Source: Desulfuromonadales bacterium (GTDB lineage: Bacteria > Desulfobacterota > Desulfuromonadia > Desulfuromonadales > SZUA-540). From it: a stretch of 41,015 nucleotides of DNA. Both the position numbers and the translations under genes were made by a program. The notes under the pieces were generated by a model. That model was given only the letters and a program-made list of their open reading frames with translations, was not told the origin of the DNA and did not search any database. Location: the NCBI GenBank assembly GCA_033549025.1, contig JAWSUS010000027.1, positions 1 through 41,015 of the forward strand, in the 5' to 3' direction. How positions within the stretch are numbered: position 1 is the first letter of the stretch; every line of letters starts with the position of its first letter. Positions 17,256-27,653 of the stretch are shown piece by piece.

Positions 17256-18437
17256 CTAGGCGATGCGTTCAAAGATGACAGCCACGGCCTCGCCGCCGCC
17301 GATGCACAGAGTGGCCAGGCCATAGCGCTGCTGCCGCTTTTCGAGTTCCCGGATGACGGTGGTCGCCAGACGGGCGCCGCTGGCGCCGATGGGGTGCCCG
17401 ATGGCGCAGGCGCCGCCATGGACGTTGACCTTATCGAGGGGAATGTTGTGGGCTTTGATGGCCAGCAGAGCCACGGATGCGAAGGCTTCGTTGATTTCGA
17501 AGAGATCGATATCGGCCACCGACAGTCCGGCCTTGGCGCAGACCTTGGCAATGGCGCCGATGGGGGCTTCGGGGAACTCGTCGGGATGGCGGCTCTCGGT
17601 AGCCTGGGCCACTATCCGGGCCCGCGGCTTCAACTGGTGCCGCTTAAGCGCCTCTTCACCGGCCAGCAGCAGCATGGCGGCGCCGTCGTTGATGGTGGAG
17701 GCGTTCCCGGCGGTGATGGTGCCGTCCTTTTTGAATACGGCCCGCAACCCGGTCAGGCGGTCGAAATCCACCTTGAAGGGTTCCTCGTCCTTCTCGATGA
17801 CCGTTTCTCCCCCCCTGCCCTTTTTGACCACGGGCACGATCTCTTCGGCGAAGACCCCATCCTCGACAGCGGCCTGGGCCAGTCGGTAGGAGCGCAGCGC
17901 CAGTTCGTCCTGCTCCTGACGGCTCAGACCCTGGCGCTCCACGCTCGCTTCGCCGATCTCCCCCATGTGGCGACCGGTGTAGGGATCGGTAAGGCCGTCA
18001 AAGACCATCAGATCGACCAGCTCGCCGTTCCCCATGCGATACCCGGAGCGGGCTTTGCCGAGCACATAAGGGGCCAGGGACATGCTCTCCATGCCGCCGG
18101 CCACCACGACCTGCGACTCGCCGAGCCGGATAGAATCAGCCCCGAGCATGACCGCCTTCAGCCCGCTGCCGCAGACCTTGTTGATGGTCAGGGCGGCGGC
18201 CGTATCGGGGATACCCGCCCCGCGCATGGCCTGACGGGCCGGGGCCTGGCCGCAACCGCCACCGAGAACCTGGCCGACGATGACCTCGTCGACCGCCTCC
18301 GGCGCCAGGAACGCCGCCTGCAGCACGCCTTTAATGGCGGTCGTACCCAAAGACGCCGCCGGCACATCGGCCAGGGCCCCTCCGAAGGAGCCGAAAGGTG
18401 TTCTTTTGGCCTCGACCACATAAACATCAGCACTCAT
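17256..18437 (-). CDS. acetyl-CoA C-acetyltransferase (thiolase)
   Basis: Start MSADVY at 18437 after CAGGAGGT. INKVCGSG, GGMESMS, EINEAFA, GHPIGASG and LCIGGG motifs. Confidence 0.96.
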   Translation of the reverse strand: MSADVYVVEAKRTPFGSFGGALADVPAASLGTTAIKGVLQAAFLAPEAVDEVIVGQVLGGGCGQAPARQAMRGAGIPDTAAALTINKVCGSGLKAVMLGADSIRLGESQVVVAGGMESMSLAPYVLGKARSGYRMGNGELVDLMVFDGLTDPYTGRHMGEIGEASVERQGLSRQEQDELALRSYRLAQAAVEDGVFAEEIVPVVKKGRGGETVIEKDEEPFKVDFDRLTGLRAVFKKDGTITAGNASTINDGAAMLLLAGEEALKRHQLKPRARIVAQATESRHPDEFPEAPIGAIAKVCAKAGLSVADIDLFEINEAFASVALLAIKAHNIPLDKVNVHGGACAIGHPIGASGARLATTVIRELEKRQQRYGLATLCIGGGEAVAVIFERIA

Positions 18438-18467
18438 GGATGCCACCTCCTGAAAAAATTTACGGTG

Positions 18468-18496
18468 ATCATAATTTGCATTTACGTGCATGTCAA
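18468..18496 (-). promoter_or_regulatory. sigma70 promoter (TTGACA-17-TATGAT) overlapped by a LiuR-like palindrome
   Basis: Minus strand TTGACA TGCACGTAAATGCAAAT TATGAT. Plus strand TTTACGTGCATGTCAA resembles the LiuR box TTTACGTwwACGTAAA. AT-rich UP-like tract at 18497-18540. Confidence 0.75.
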
Positions 18497-18614
18497 TTAA
18501 AAATAAAACTCTTTTTTATTTTATTTTTAAAACCAAAAAAACCGGGATGCCATGGGTGCGAGAAAACAGGAAAATTCGCGCCCACAGCAAGGCCCGGGTG
18601 TAAGCATCAGAAAT

Positions 18615-19781
18615 CTACAGATACGTAATGCCATCAGGAATATCGGTAAGTTTCACTCCGCCGGCGGCGGTGGTGACGAAGGTGTTCTCTATGCCGACCA
18701 CCCCCTTGCCCGGCATGACAAACTTCGGTTCTATTGCAATGACATGCCCCTCCTGCAGAGGAACCTTAAAGCCCTGGGCGATGACCGGAAACTCGTCGAG
18801 CTCCAGGCCGACCCCATGGCCGACGAAGCGGGCCTGCTCGCCGGGCATGCCCATGAAGCAGTCGCCCAGCCCCGCCCTTTCCGCCATCTCGGCCGCCTTC
18901 AGGAAAAGCTCCTCGCAGACGGCGCCCGGCTTGAGAGAACGCTGCAGAAAATCCTGAATGGCCAGAGACGTCGTAAAGGCGTGCTTGAGCTCGTCGTCGA
19001 GATCGCCGAGGACGAAGATACGCGTCATGTCGGTGATATAGCCTTCGAAGACGCCGGTATAGTCGAGCAGGATGGGAACATTTTTTTCAATGAGGTCGAG
19101 GGAGGCACCGTGGGGCGAGGCGTTGGACAACCCCCTGCCGGTGACGGCCCCGTCGAAAAAGCCGTAGCTGGGCCCACCGGCCGACACCGCCAGCCCCTGA
19201 AAGAGTTCCTGGTTGAAGGCGCGCATGCGCACGTAGCCTTCGTTGCCTGCCTTGCGCAGGCGGCATTCGAATTCGGCCGACAGGTCGAGCTCGCGCATCC
19301 CCGCCCGCAGGAACTCGGGCACCTGGGTGAAGACCGAACTGAGGCTGGCGCCGCTGCGCCGCAGCAGTTCGACCTCGAAGGGGGTCTTCACCGCCCGCAC
19401 CTCGCGGTTGAGGGGCGAGATGTCGACGAACTCCCGCCCGGCCAGCAGCTTGGTGTAGAAGTTGAGCTGCTGCACGGGCAGAACGTCGTAGGTCAGCCCG
19501 AGCGTGACGGCTTCGGCCGGCAGCACGGCGGCAAAGTCGCGACTGGAGGGAAAGGGTCGGATATCAGGCAGGGGGCTTTCCTGGCGAGCCCGCGCCAGGC
19601 TCTTGCGTACCAGGAGCACCGGCGTTCCTTCCGCCGGCATCCACAGAGTGGCGTTCTGGCGGGTACCGCTGAAATAGTAGACGTCGATGGGGTAGATGAA
19701 GAGGGCGCCGTCGAGTTCTTTCTTTTTCAGCAACGCCTGCATGGCGGCGGTGCGCTGCTGCAATTCGGTCAGGTCGATCAT
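18615..19781 (-). CDS. Xaa-Pro peptidase family protein (M24 metallopeptidase)
   Basis: N-terminal creatinase-like domain (DVYYFSG). Metal ligands in LLDYTG..YITDMTR, GHGVGLELDEFP, AIEPK and GIENT. Confidence 0.9.
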   Translation of the reverse strand: MIDLTELQQRTAAMQALLKKKELDGALFIYPIDVYYFSGTRQNATLWMPAEGTPVLLVRKSLARARQESPLPDIRPFPSSRDFAAVLPAEAVTLGLTYDVLPVQQLNFYTKLLAGREFVDISPLNREVRAVKTPFEVELLRRSGASLSSVFTQVPEFLRAGMRELDLSAEFECRLRKAGNEGYVRMRAFNQELFQGLAVSAGGPSYGFFDGAVTGRGLSNASPHGASLDLIEKNVPILLDYTGVFEGYITDMTRIFVLGDLDDELKHAFTTSLAIQDFLQRSLKPGAVCEELFLKAAEMAERAGLGDCFMGMPGEQARFVGHGVGLELDEFPVIAQGFKVPLQEGHVIAIEPKFVMPGKGVVGIENTFVTTAAGGVKLTDIPDGITYL

Positions 19782-19793
19782 GGTGGTATTCTC

Positions 19794-20327
19794 CTATCCG
19801 TTGGCAGGCCAGGTGTCGAAGTAGACGATATCCGTCAACGCCTTGCGCGGGCGCGGCTTCGGCTCCTGATCCGGCACCCCCAGGGGGGTAAAGCCGACCA
19901 CGCGCAGGGGCTCGGGGATGGCCAGCGCCGCCTTGATTTTAGCCTCGTCGTACCACCCCATCCAGCAGGTGCCCAGGCCGAGGGCGTGGGCCGCCAGGCA
20001 GAGGTGTTCAAAGGCGATGGCCGCATCGGCCACGTAGTAGGGGATGCCGTTCTCCACGTCCGATTCGCGCGGGTCGGCACAGACCAGAATGGTCACTGGG
20101 GCGGCGGCCACCGCCTTCTTGCCGGGGTTGTCGTCGGGAATGGCCTCGAACAGGGCCGCCCGCCGGGCCGGATCCCGCAGGACCAGAAAGCGCCAGCACT
20201 GCATGTTCTTCCATGAAGGCGCCAGCCGGGCTGCGTCGAGGATCTGCTCGATCTGTTCCGGCGCGACGGGGATGTCCTTGTACTTGCGGATGCTGCGCCG
20301 GTCGCGGATAACCTCAAAAATGTCCAT
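19794..20327 (-). CDS. nitroreductase family protein
   Basis: RRSIRKY, ARLAPSWKNMQCWRF, LAAHALGLGTCWMG and RPRK motifs. Confidence 0.93.
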   Translation of the reverse strand: MDIFEVIRDRRSIRKYKDIPVAPEQIEQILDAARLAPSWKNMQCWRFLVLRDPARRAALFEAIPDDNPGKKAVAAAPVTILVCADPRESDVENGIPYYVADAAIAFEHLCLAAHALGLGTCWMGWYDEAKIKAALAIPEPLRVVGFTPLGVPDQEPKPRPRKALTDIVYFDTWPANG

Positions 20328-20386
20328 GCTGTTCTCCTTTTGGCAAAACGGTACTTTTTTTGGGGGCCGTAGCCCCCAAAGTATAC

Positions 20387-23300
20387 CTACATATTGCGCC
20401 GGTAGCGCCCGCCGACCTCGAAGAGGGCCTGGGTGATCTGGCCGAGAGAAGCGACCTTGACCGTCTCCATCATCTCCTCGAAAATATTGCCACCGGCCAC
20501 GGCCACGTCTTTCAGTCGCTCCAGGGCCGCCGGCGCCACGTCCTGGTGCTTCTTCTGGAAGGCACGCAGGTTGGCGATCTGCCGCTCCTTCTCCTCGGGG
20601 GTCGCCCGCGCCAGCTCACCGGGGATCTCGTAGCCCTCGGCGTCGGCGCGGGGACTGAGGAAGGTATTGACGCCGACAATGGGCAACTCGCCATTGTGCT
20701 TCTTGTGTTCATAGAGCATCGATTCGTCCTGAATCTTGCTGCGCTGATACTGGGTCTCCATGGCCCCGAGCACGCCGCCGCGATGATCGAGACGCTCGAA
20801 CTCCAGCATGACCGCCTCTTCCACCAGGTCGGTCAGCTCCTCGATGATGAAGGAGCCCTGCACCGGGTTTTCGTTTTTGGTCAGACCGAACTCCTTGCTG
20901 ATAATCATCTGGATGGCCATAGCCCGCCGCACCGACTCCTCCGTCGGTGTCGTCACCGCCTCGTCGTAGGCGTTGGTGTGCAGGGAGTTGCAGTTGTCGT
21001 AAATGGCGATGAGGGCCTGCAGGGTCGTGCGGATGTCGTTGAAGTCCATCTCCTGGGCGTGCAGGGAGCGCCCCGAGGTCTGAATGTGGTACTTCAGTTT
21101 CTGGCTGCGCTCGTTGGCCCCGTACTTCTCCCGCATGGTCACGGCCCAGATGCGCCGCGCCACCCGGCCGATGACCGAATACTCGGGATCGAGACCGTTG
21201 CTGAAGAAGAAAGAGAGGTTGGGGGCGAAGTCGTCGATGTGCATCCCCCGCGACAGGTAGTACTCGACATAGGTGAAGCCGTTGGACAGGGTCAGCGCCA
21301 GCTGGGTGATGGGGTTGGCCCCCGCCTCGGCGATGTGATAGCCGCTGATGGAGACGGAGTAGTAGTTGCGCACCTTCTGGTCGATGAAGTACTGCTGCAT
21401 GTCCCCCATGATCTTGAGGGCGAAGTCGATGGAGAAGAGGCAGGTATTCTGGCCCTGGTCCTCCTTGAGGATGTCGGCCTGCACGGTGCCGCGCACGTTT
21501 TGCAAAGTGGCGTTTTTGATCTGGTCCATCTCGTCCGCATTCGGCTGCCGTCCCTGCTGTTCCACAAACGTGTCGACCTGCTGGTCGATGGCTACATTGA
21601 AGAACATGGCCAGCATGGCCGGGGCCGGGCCGTTGATGGTCATGGAGACGCTGGTGGACGGCGCACACAGGTCGAAGCCGGCGAAAAGCTTGCGCATGTC
21701 CTCGACGTTGCAGATGGAGACCCCACTCTCGCCCACCTTGCCGTAGATGTCCGGCGGTGTATCCGGGTCGGCCCCGTAGAGGGTGACGCTGTCGAAGGCG
21801 GTGGAGAGGCGCTTGGCCCCGTCGTCCTGACAGAGATAGTGGAAGCGCCGGTTGGTGCGCTCGGGGCTCCCCTCCCCGGCGAACTGGCGCTTGGGATCCT
21901 CTTCGGCCCGCTTGAAGGGGAAGACGCCGGCCGTGTAGGGAAAGTAGCCCGGCAGGTTCTCCAGCATGAGCCAGCGCAGGATATCGCCCTGGTCGGTGTA
22001 GCGCGGCAGGCTGACACGCGGGATGCGGGTGCCCGAGAGGCTGGTGCTGAAGAGCTCGGTGCGGATCTCCCGGTCGCGCACCCGGGTGACCAGGGCGTCC
22101 TGTCGGTAGGCCTGCTTCAGCTCGTCCCAGCAGTCGAGACATTGGCGGGGCTCCTCATGCAGCTTGGCTTCCGTCTTCTGGATCAGCTCAGCCACCTCGT
22201 CGGCCGCCGCCAACCCCTCCGGCAGTCGGGCCAGGGTTCCCTTGAGCTGGCCGAGAGTGCGGGCCACCTCGCTCTGCTGCGCGACGTTCTGGCGATAGCC
22301 CCGCACCGTCTGGACGATCTCCCCCAAGTAATGAATGCGGTCGGCGGGGATCACCGTCTTGCTCAGGCTGTCGCCGTCGGCGACCTGCAACCTCGACTGC
22401 CAGCCCAGCTGGCGCTTCTCGTTGAGCTTCTCCAGCAGGGCCAGGTAGAGGACGGATACGCCGGGATCGTTGAACTGGGAGGCGATGGTGCCATAGACAG
22501 GAATGGCCTCGTCCGGGACATCGAACTGATTGCGGTTGCGCCGCACCTGTTTTTTGACGTTGCGCAGGGCGTCTTCGGAACCTTTGCGTTCGAACTTGTT
22601 GATGGCGATCAGGTCGGCGAAATCGAGCATGTCAATCTTTTCCAGCTGGGTCGGCGCCCCGAACTCGGAAGTCATCACGTAGAGCGAGAGGTCGCAGATG
22701 GGCACCACGGAAGCGTCGCCCTGGCCGATACCGGAAGTCTCGACGATGACGAGGTCAAAGCCCGAGGAGCGCACCACGTCGAGGGCATCCTGGATGGCCA
22801 GGGACAGCTCCGAGCGCGAATCGCGTGTGGCCAGGGAACGCATGTAGACCCGCTTGCCGGCGATGGAGTTCATGCGGATGCGATCCCCCAGCAGCGCCCC
22901 TCCCGTCCGCTGCCGGGACGGATCGACGGCGAGGATGGCGACGCTCTTGTCGGGAAAATCCCGCAAAAAACGCAGCACCAGCTCATCGCACAGCGAACTC
23001 TTGCCGGCGCCGCCGGTGCCTGTCACCCCCACTACCGGCACCGCACGAACCCTGCTCTTGACCTGATCCCGCAACCGGGCATAACCGCCTTCACTGCCGG
23101 CATGGACCGAGTCTTCGGCCAGGGAAATAATGGTATTGATGGCCCGGATGTCTTGTTCGGCCAGCTTCTGCAATTCCTCGTCGGGATGGCGCTCCAGGCT
23201 GAAATCGCACTGCTGCAGCATGAAGTTGATCATCCCCTGCAGCCCGAGACGACGACCGTCTTCCGGCGAGAAGATCTTGGTCACCCCGTAGGCCTCGATT

Positions 23301-23638
23301 TCCTGCGCTTCCTCGGGGATGATGACGCCACCGCCGCCGCCAAAGACCTTGATGTGACCGGCGCCGCGCTCCCGCAGCAGATCCATGGTGTACTTGAAGA
23401 ATTCGATATGCCCGCCCTGGTAGCTGCTGATATTGATGCCGTGGGCGTCCTCCTGGATGGCGGCCGTGACGATCTCGTCGACGGAACGGTTATGGCCCAG
23501 ATGGATCACCTCGGCCCCGGAGGCCTGCAGCAGGCGACGGACGATATTGATGGAAACGTCGTGGCCGTCGAAGAGGCTGGTGGCGGTCACGAAACGCAGT
23601 TTATGCTGGCTCTTGTAGGGCTCTATCCGGTTGTGCAT
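20387..23638 (-). CDS. icmF: fused isobutyryl-CoA mutase / MeaI GTPase (IcmF)
   Basis: Domain order: B12-binding (SLFDGHD), MeaB-like GTPase ([26 protein letters not shown]), mutase barrel ([44 protein letters not shown]), C-terminal GGRYRRNM. Start MHNRI at 23638. Confidence 0.97.
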   Translation of the reverse strand: MHNRIEPYKSQHKLRFVTATSLFDGHDVSINIVRRLLQASGAEVIHLGHNRSVDEIVTAAIQEDAHGINISSYQGGHIEFFKYTMDLLRERGAGHIKVFGGGGGVIIPEEAQEIEAYGVTKIFSPEDGRRLGLQGMINFMLQQCDFSLERHPDEELQKLAEQDIRAINTIISLAEDSVHAGSEGGYARLRDQVKSRVRAVPVVGVTGTGGAGKSSLCDELVLRFLRDFPDKSVAILAVDPSRQRTGGALLGDRIRMNSIAGKRVYMRSLATRDSRSELSLAIQDALDVVRSSGFDLVIVETSGIGQGDASVVPICDLSLYVMTSEFGAPTQLEKIDMLDFADLIAINKFERKGSEDALRNVKKQVRRNRNQFDVPDEAIPVYGTIASQFNDPGVSVLYLALLEKLNEKRQLGWQSRLQVADGDSLSKTVIPADRIHYLGEIVQTVRGYRQNVAQQSEVARTLGQLKGTLARLPEGLAAADEVAELIQKTEAKLHEEPRQCLDCWDELKQAYRQDALVTRVRDREIRTELFSTSLSGTRIPRVSLPRYTDQGDILRWLMLENLPGYFPYTAGVFPFKRAEEDPKRQFAGEGSPERTNRRFHYLCQDDGAKRLSTAFDSVTLYGADPDTPPDIYGKVGESGVSICNVEDMRKLFAGFDLCAPSTSVSMTINGPAPAMLAMFFNVAIDQQVDTFVEQQGRQPNADEMDQIKNATLQNVRGTVQADILKEDQGQNTCLFSIDFALKIMGDMQQYFIDQKVRNYYSVSISGYHIAEAGANPITQLALTLSNGFTYVEYYLSRGMHIDDFAPNLSFFFSNGLDPEYSVIGRVARRIWAVTMREKYGANERSQKLKYHIQTSGRSLHAQEMDFNDIRTTLQALIAIYDNCNSLHTNAYDEAVTTPTEESVRRAMAIQMIISKEFGLTKNENPVQGSFIIEELTDLVEEAVMLEFERLDHRGGVLGAMETQYQRSKIQDESMLYEHKKHNGELPIVGVNTFLSPRADAEGYEIPGELARATPEEKERQIANLRAFQKKHQDVAPAALERLKDVAVAGGNIFEEMMETVKVASLGQITQALFEVGGRYRRNM

Positions 23639-23675
23639 GGTCCCCTCCTTTTGGTCGCAAATCAAATCAGTCAGG

Positions 23676-24221
23676 TCAGTCCTGCAGGGTAAATTCCCAG
23701 GCGCACCAGAAATCCTCCGGATGCGGATCAGGCGGACAGGCGATGCACCGGGTGGTCAGGCGCGGATCGATGGTTTTGGCGAACTCCCCGTACTCGACCA
23801 GGCCCACCGACTTGCAGGGATGATCCGGCAGCCCCTTGCGCTTGCGGGCCGACTGCACGCGGCAGTCGAGCATGCGGAACACCACCCGGGTCTCCGTCTG
23901 TTCGATGCATTCCTGCAGGTTCAGGCGGGCGTAGAAGCGGTGTTTGAGACACTCCACCAAGGCGGGGATGCCGCCGCCCGGCTTCAGACCGAGTCGTTCC
24001 ATGATGCGCCTGGCTTCAATGACGGTGAAATGGCGCCAGGCTTCGATATCGGCCTCCACCGCCACCTCCATGCCGTAGCGCCGTTCGATGGCCTGAAACC
24101 AGAGGCCGTCATGGGCCAGCCAGTTCTTGGCGTCATCGACAATGATTTTCACCAACTCTTCCTTGCTCAGGTTGTACAGCAGGCGGATACCCTCATCACC
24201 TGCCCGGGCCGCGCTTGACAT
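23676..24221 (-). CDS. DUF6125-like protein (V4R/ATC-hydrolase-like, Cys-rich)
   Basis: Start MSSAARAG at 24221. [31 protein letters not shown] and CIACPPD...WCAWEF motifs recalled for DUF6125. Confidence 0.75.
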   Translation of the reverse strand: MSSAARAGDEGIRLLYNLSKEELVKIIVDDAKNWLAHDGLWFQAIERRYGMEVAVEADIEAWRHFTVIEARRIMERLGLKPGGGIPALVECLKHRFYARLNLQECIEQTETRVVFRMLDCRVQSARKRKGLPDHPCKSVGLVEYGEFAKTIDPRLTTRCIACPPDPHPEDFWCAWEFTLQD

Positions 24222-24234
24222 AGGCTGTCTCCTT

Positions 24235-24702
24235 TTAGTTTTCAGGGATGCGTACCACCAGCACCGGGATCGTGCTTTCCTGCACCATCTTCTGGGCCGT
24301 GCTGCCAATCAGGGCCCGAAACAGACAGGTATGTCCGTGGGTCCCCATGACGATCAGGTCGCACTCCTCTTTTTTGGATTGGGCGATAATGGCCTCGACT
24401 GGCATGCCGGCGGTGACATGGATGCCGTCCACCAGCTTGGTATACAGGCACTCCTCCACATTCTCCTTTTTGCCGTAGAGCGTAAGCTGAGTCTTGATTT
24501 TCTCCGTCAGTTTATCCCTGGCTGTGGCAAAGTCGACGGAACGCATCTGAATGTTGCGGTTGTTGGTGAGTTTTTCATAGACATTGATGATCGATATTTT
24601 GGCTCCATGACTCAGCGCCAGGCTCACGGCATAGCCGAAGGCGTAGTTGGCGTTGGAAGAAAGATCGGTGGCATAGAGTATTTTTTTGATTTTCGGTGTC
24701 AT
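24235..24702 (-). CDS. universal stress protein
   Basis: KILYATDLS, DLIVMGTHG, LIGSTAQKMV and PVLVV motifs. Confidence 0.93.
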   Translation of the reverse strand: MTPKIKKILYATDLSSNANYAFGYAVSLALSHGAKISIINVYEKLTNNRNIQMRSVDFATARDKLTEKIKTQLTLYGKKENVEECLYTKLVDGIHVTAGMPVEAIIAQSKKEECDLIVMGTHGHTCLFRALIGSTAQKMVQESTIPVLVVRIPEN

Positions 24703-24740
24703 CGACGGGCCCCTTTCGTTGTCCTGTACATTCCGGGTAT

Positions 24741-26054
24741 TCAGCCAATAAGCGCGGGGAGGAACGTCACGATTGCGGGGAAGACGTACATGATGGCCAT
24801 CCCCAGGATAAAGAGCCCCACCATCGGCCAGGCTCCCCCATAGACGTCGTCCAGGGTCAGTTCCGGCATCGCCCCCTTAAGGGCGAAGATCGTGTAGCCG
24901 AAGGGGGGGGTCAGGCTCCCCAGGGTCAGGTTGATGAGAAAGAGCATCCAGAACCAGACGGGATCGAAATTGTAGACCTGCAGCAGGGGGTCGTAGATCG
25001 GGATAGCCACCAGCATGACGGCGAAGAGATCGACGAACATGCAGAGGATAAAGGGGACCAGCATGAGCACGACAAAGGTTCCCACCAGGGGCAGGTCCAG
25101 TTCAGAAGCCATCCGAACCAGGCCGCTCGAAGCGCCCGTGAAGGACAGCAGCTGGCCGAAGAGCATGGAGCTGGCCATGATGACCAGAATCATGGTGCTC
25201 ACCGAGCAGGTGCCCAGGACCGCGTCATAAAGCATTTTGAAAGAGAGCTTGCGAAAGACCGCCGCCGCCAGCATGGCGCCGAGCACCCCTGTTGCCGCCG
25301 ATTCCGTCGGCGTCACGATCCCCATAAGGATGAGCCCCATGACCGAGAAGATGACGATGAGAAACGGCAGGGTGCGGGCCAGGGCGGTAAAGAACTCGCG
25401 GGGGCTCACCTTCTCGCGGACGCCACGATCACCGGCCGGTTCCAGATTCGGATTGCGCAGCAGGCGGATATAGACGTAGACGACCATGATGACCGCCATC
25501 ATGATCCCCGGCACGATACCGGCGATGAGCAGCTTGGCGATGGAGACATCCACCATGGAGCCGACCATGATGACCAGAAGGCTCGGCGGGATGATGGGAG
25601 CCAGGCTGGCGCCGCCGAGGATCGCGCTGATGGACAGGCGGGTATCGTAGCCCCGCGCCTCCATAGTCGGCATCACCGAGCGTCCCAGCATGGCGGCCAC
25701 CGCCACCGCCGAACCGCTCAGGGCGCCGAAGACCGTGGACAAAGAGGTGACGAGAACATAGTTGCGCCCGCGCACATTGCCGACCATCTTGTCGATGGAA
25801 TCGATGAGAATCTCCACCGCATTGGAGCGAAAAAGGATTTCCCCCATGAGAATAAAAAGGGGAATGGCCATCAGCGATTCCTGGGTGATGGTCTGGTAGA
25901 TGCTGTTGGCAAACATGCCGAAACCGCTGCTGCCGAACAGCAGGAAGACGCCGGCGACGTTCACCACCAGGAAGGCGACAAAGACCGGCATCCCGATGGC
26001 GAACAAGGTCAGCAGCACGACAATGGCAATCGATAAGGTGACGCCCCAATCCAT
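24741..26054 (-). CDS. dctM: TRAP transporter large permease subunit
   Basis: AIPLFILMGEI, FGALSGSAVA, IIPPS, TPTESAA and LTPPFG motifs; about 12 TM. Confidence 0.95.
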   Translation of the reverse strand: MDWGVTLSIAIVVLLTLFAIGMPVFVAFLVVNVAGVFLLFGSSGFGMFANSIYQTITQESLMAIPLFILMGEILFRSNAVEILIDSIDKMVGNVRGRNYVLVTSLSTVFGALSGSAVAVAAMLGRSVMPTMEARGYDTRLSISAILGGASLAPIIPPSLLVIMVGSMVDVSIAKLLIAGIVPGIMMAVIMVVYVYIRLLRNPNLEPAGDRGVREKVSPREFFTALARTLPFLIVIFSVMGLILMGIVTPTESAATGVLGAMLAAAVFRKLSFKMLYDAVLGTCSVSTMILVIMASSMLFGQLLSFTGASSGLVRMASELDLPLVGTFVVLMLVPFILCMFVDLFAVMLVAIPIYDPLLQVYNFDPVWFWMLFLINLTLGSLTPPFGYTIFALKGAMPELTLDDVYGGAWPMVGLFILGMAIMYVFPAIVTFLPALIG

Positions 26055-26064
26055 GAGATCTCTC

Positions 26065-26592
26065 CTATACTTCGCCAGGGGGGTTCGGTTTGAAGCCCTC
26101 CCGCAGAAACTGGAACCCGCTCAACAGAAAACCCAGGGGGATGACCGAAGATATCCACCATTTGGGAATCGGGTTGACCCACATGGTCGCAATGCCGCGC
26201 TGAAACTGGCGAAAGGACTCCAGGCCGGCAATGATGAAAACGGCGATACACACCAGAAAACCGAGGAAAGCGATGCCGCGATAAATGAGCAGCTTCCGTT
26301 TCTGCGGCAGTTTTTCGATGACGATAGTGATGGCCACGTTGCCGTTGGCCCGGGTGATTTCGGGCAGCGCCAGCATGACGGTCAGGGCAAAGAGCCATTG
26401 GTTGACATCACTGGACCAGTTGGTCGGGGCGTTGAAGAAATAGCGCATGGAGACTTCGTAGAGGATCAGGGACACCATGCCGGTCAGGGCCAGCCCGCTC
26501 AGGACATAACTCGCCCGCGTCAACAGGTCGAGGGTACCGGCCATCCCTTTCAGGATGGCCGGCTGGGAATGGTTCAGACTCCCATTGTTCAT
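26065..26592 (-). CDS. dctQ: TRAP transporter small permease subunit
   Basis: Four TM segments, YEVSMRYFFNAPTNWS motif, located between dctP and dctM. Confidence 0.92.
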   Translation of the reverse strand: MNNGSLNHSQPAILKGMAGTLDLLTRASYVLSGLALTGMVSLILYEVSMRYFFNAPTNWSSDVNQWLFALTVMLALPEITRANGNVAITIVIEKLPQKRKLLIYRGIAFLGFLVCIAVFIIAGLESFRQFQRGIATMWVNPIPKWWISSVIPLGFLLSGFQFLREGFKPNPPGEV

Positions 26593-27572
26593 CGCGTCAT
26601 ACCTTTTTCGATAGCCAGTTCACGGAACTTGGGCCCGGCGGCGGCAGAGGACTGTTTGGCCATGTCCCAGAGGCCATTATTCCAGTATATTTCGACCTGT
26701 TCCTTATCCTCAGGGTGCATGTTGGTTACTTTCATGCCCTGATTCTTCAAAAAGGCGATCTCTTCCTCGACCAGATTGTTGAAGAATTCCAGGCTGTCGA
26801 GTTCGGTCTTCTTGCCGGCCTCGTCGATCCAGCGCTGCTGTTCCGGCGGCAGCGAGTTGTACTTATCCAGGTTCATGGCGATCATCATGGAGATGGAACC
26901 GAAGGTCGGGCGCACCATGTAGTTGGCCACTTCCTGCCATTTGAAATCCTTGACCCCGACCAGGGTCCAGGCCGCGCCGTCGATGACGCCGCGCTGCAGG
27001 GAGGTGTAGACGTCACCACCGGCCATGGTCACCGGCGAGCCGCCCAGGGCCAGGATGGTGTTCTGCAGGCTCGGGTTGCTGCGCATCTTCAGGCCGGCCA
27101 GGCTCGGCTTGCTGCCGCTCAAGGGATTGCGCGTAATGAAATGGTAGGGGGCGACGGGCGTCAGCGCGACGAGTTTGACGCCGAGCTTGTTGTACTCCTT
27201 GTCCAGAAAGTCAAAGAGGCCCGACTCACGGCGCTTGGTCGGATCGGCCAGGGTGGCGTCCATGCCGACACCGACGCTGATGGTCCCGGCGTGGTAGGTG
27301 GCGTGGGTGAAGGATAGATCAAAGATGCCGGCCTGCAGGGGCTGGAACTGCTCGAAGGTCGGAATGACATCGGGACCGTGAAAGGCCACCTTCATTTTGC
27401 CCCCGGAAATCTCTTCAAGGTTCTTGATCATCTTGGCGGTAGCACCGACATTGAAGATGAAGTTTTCATGAAAAGCGGACAACATGCGCAGTTGGGCAGC
27501 AAACGCGCTGGACGAAAAAGCCAGAACCATAAAGACCACAGCGATCAATCCCACATACCTGTTTTTTTTCAT
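26589..27572 (-). CDS. dctP: TRAP transporter substrate-binding protein
   Basis: Start MKKNRY at 27572, Sec signal ending AFA. LAGLKMRS (conserved carboxylate-binding Arg) and LGGSPVTM..GDVYTSLQRGVIDG. Confidence 0.92.
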   Translation of the reverse strand: MKKNRYVGLIAVVFMVLAFSSSAFAAQLRMLSAFHENFIFNVGATAKMIKNLEEISGGKMKVAFHGPDVIPTFEQFQPLQAGIFDLSFTHATYHAGTISVGVGMDATLADPTKRRESGLFDFLDKEYNKLGVKLVALTPVAPYHFITRNPLSGSKPSLAGLKMRSNPSLQNTILALGGSPVTMAGGDVYTSLQRGVIDGAAWTLVGVKDFKWQEVANYMVRPTFGSISMMIAMNLDKYNSLPPEQQRWIDEAGKKTELDSLEFFNNLVEEEIAFLKNQGMKVTNMHPEDKEQVEIYWNNGLWDMAKQSSAAAGPKFRELAIEKGMTR

Positions 27573-27653
27573 CGTAACGACTCCATTCTTGGTTGGTGAA
27601 TCCGCTTGACAAATCCCCATCCCCCTCGACCCGAGAGGGATGAGGTCCATTAT

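Noticed and set aside
21871..21895. Pivalyl-CoA or methylmalonyl-CoA mutase specificity
   Set aside because: The active-site motif reads RQFAGEG with Phe, the isobutyryl-CoA mutase residue, rather than Leu or Tyr.
23639..23675. Cobalamin riboswitch upstream of icmF or cobO
   Set aside because: The intergenic gaps are too short and no B12-box-like sequence was seen.
20360..23692. 1110-aa plus-strand ORF, and similar long ones at 6884-8077, 12725-14413, 14358-15551, 18552-20216 and 24696-26036
   Set aside because: These are antisense shadows of well-supported minus-strand genes, caused by GC-rich codon bias. They show no motifs of their own.
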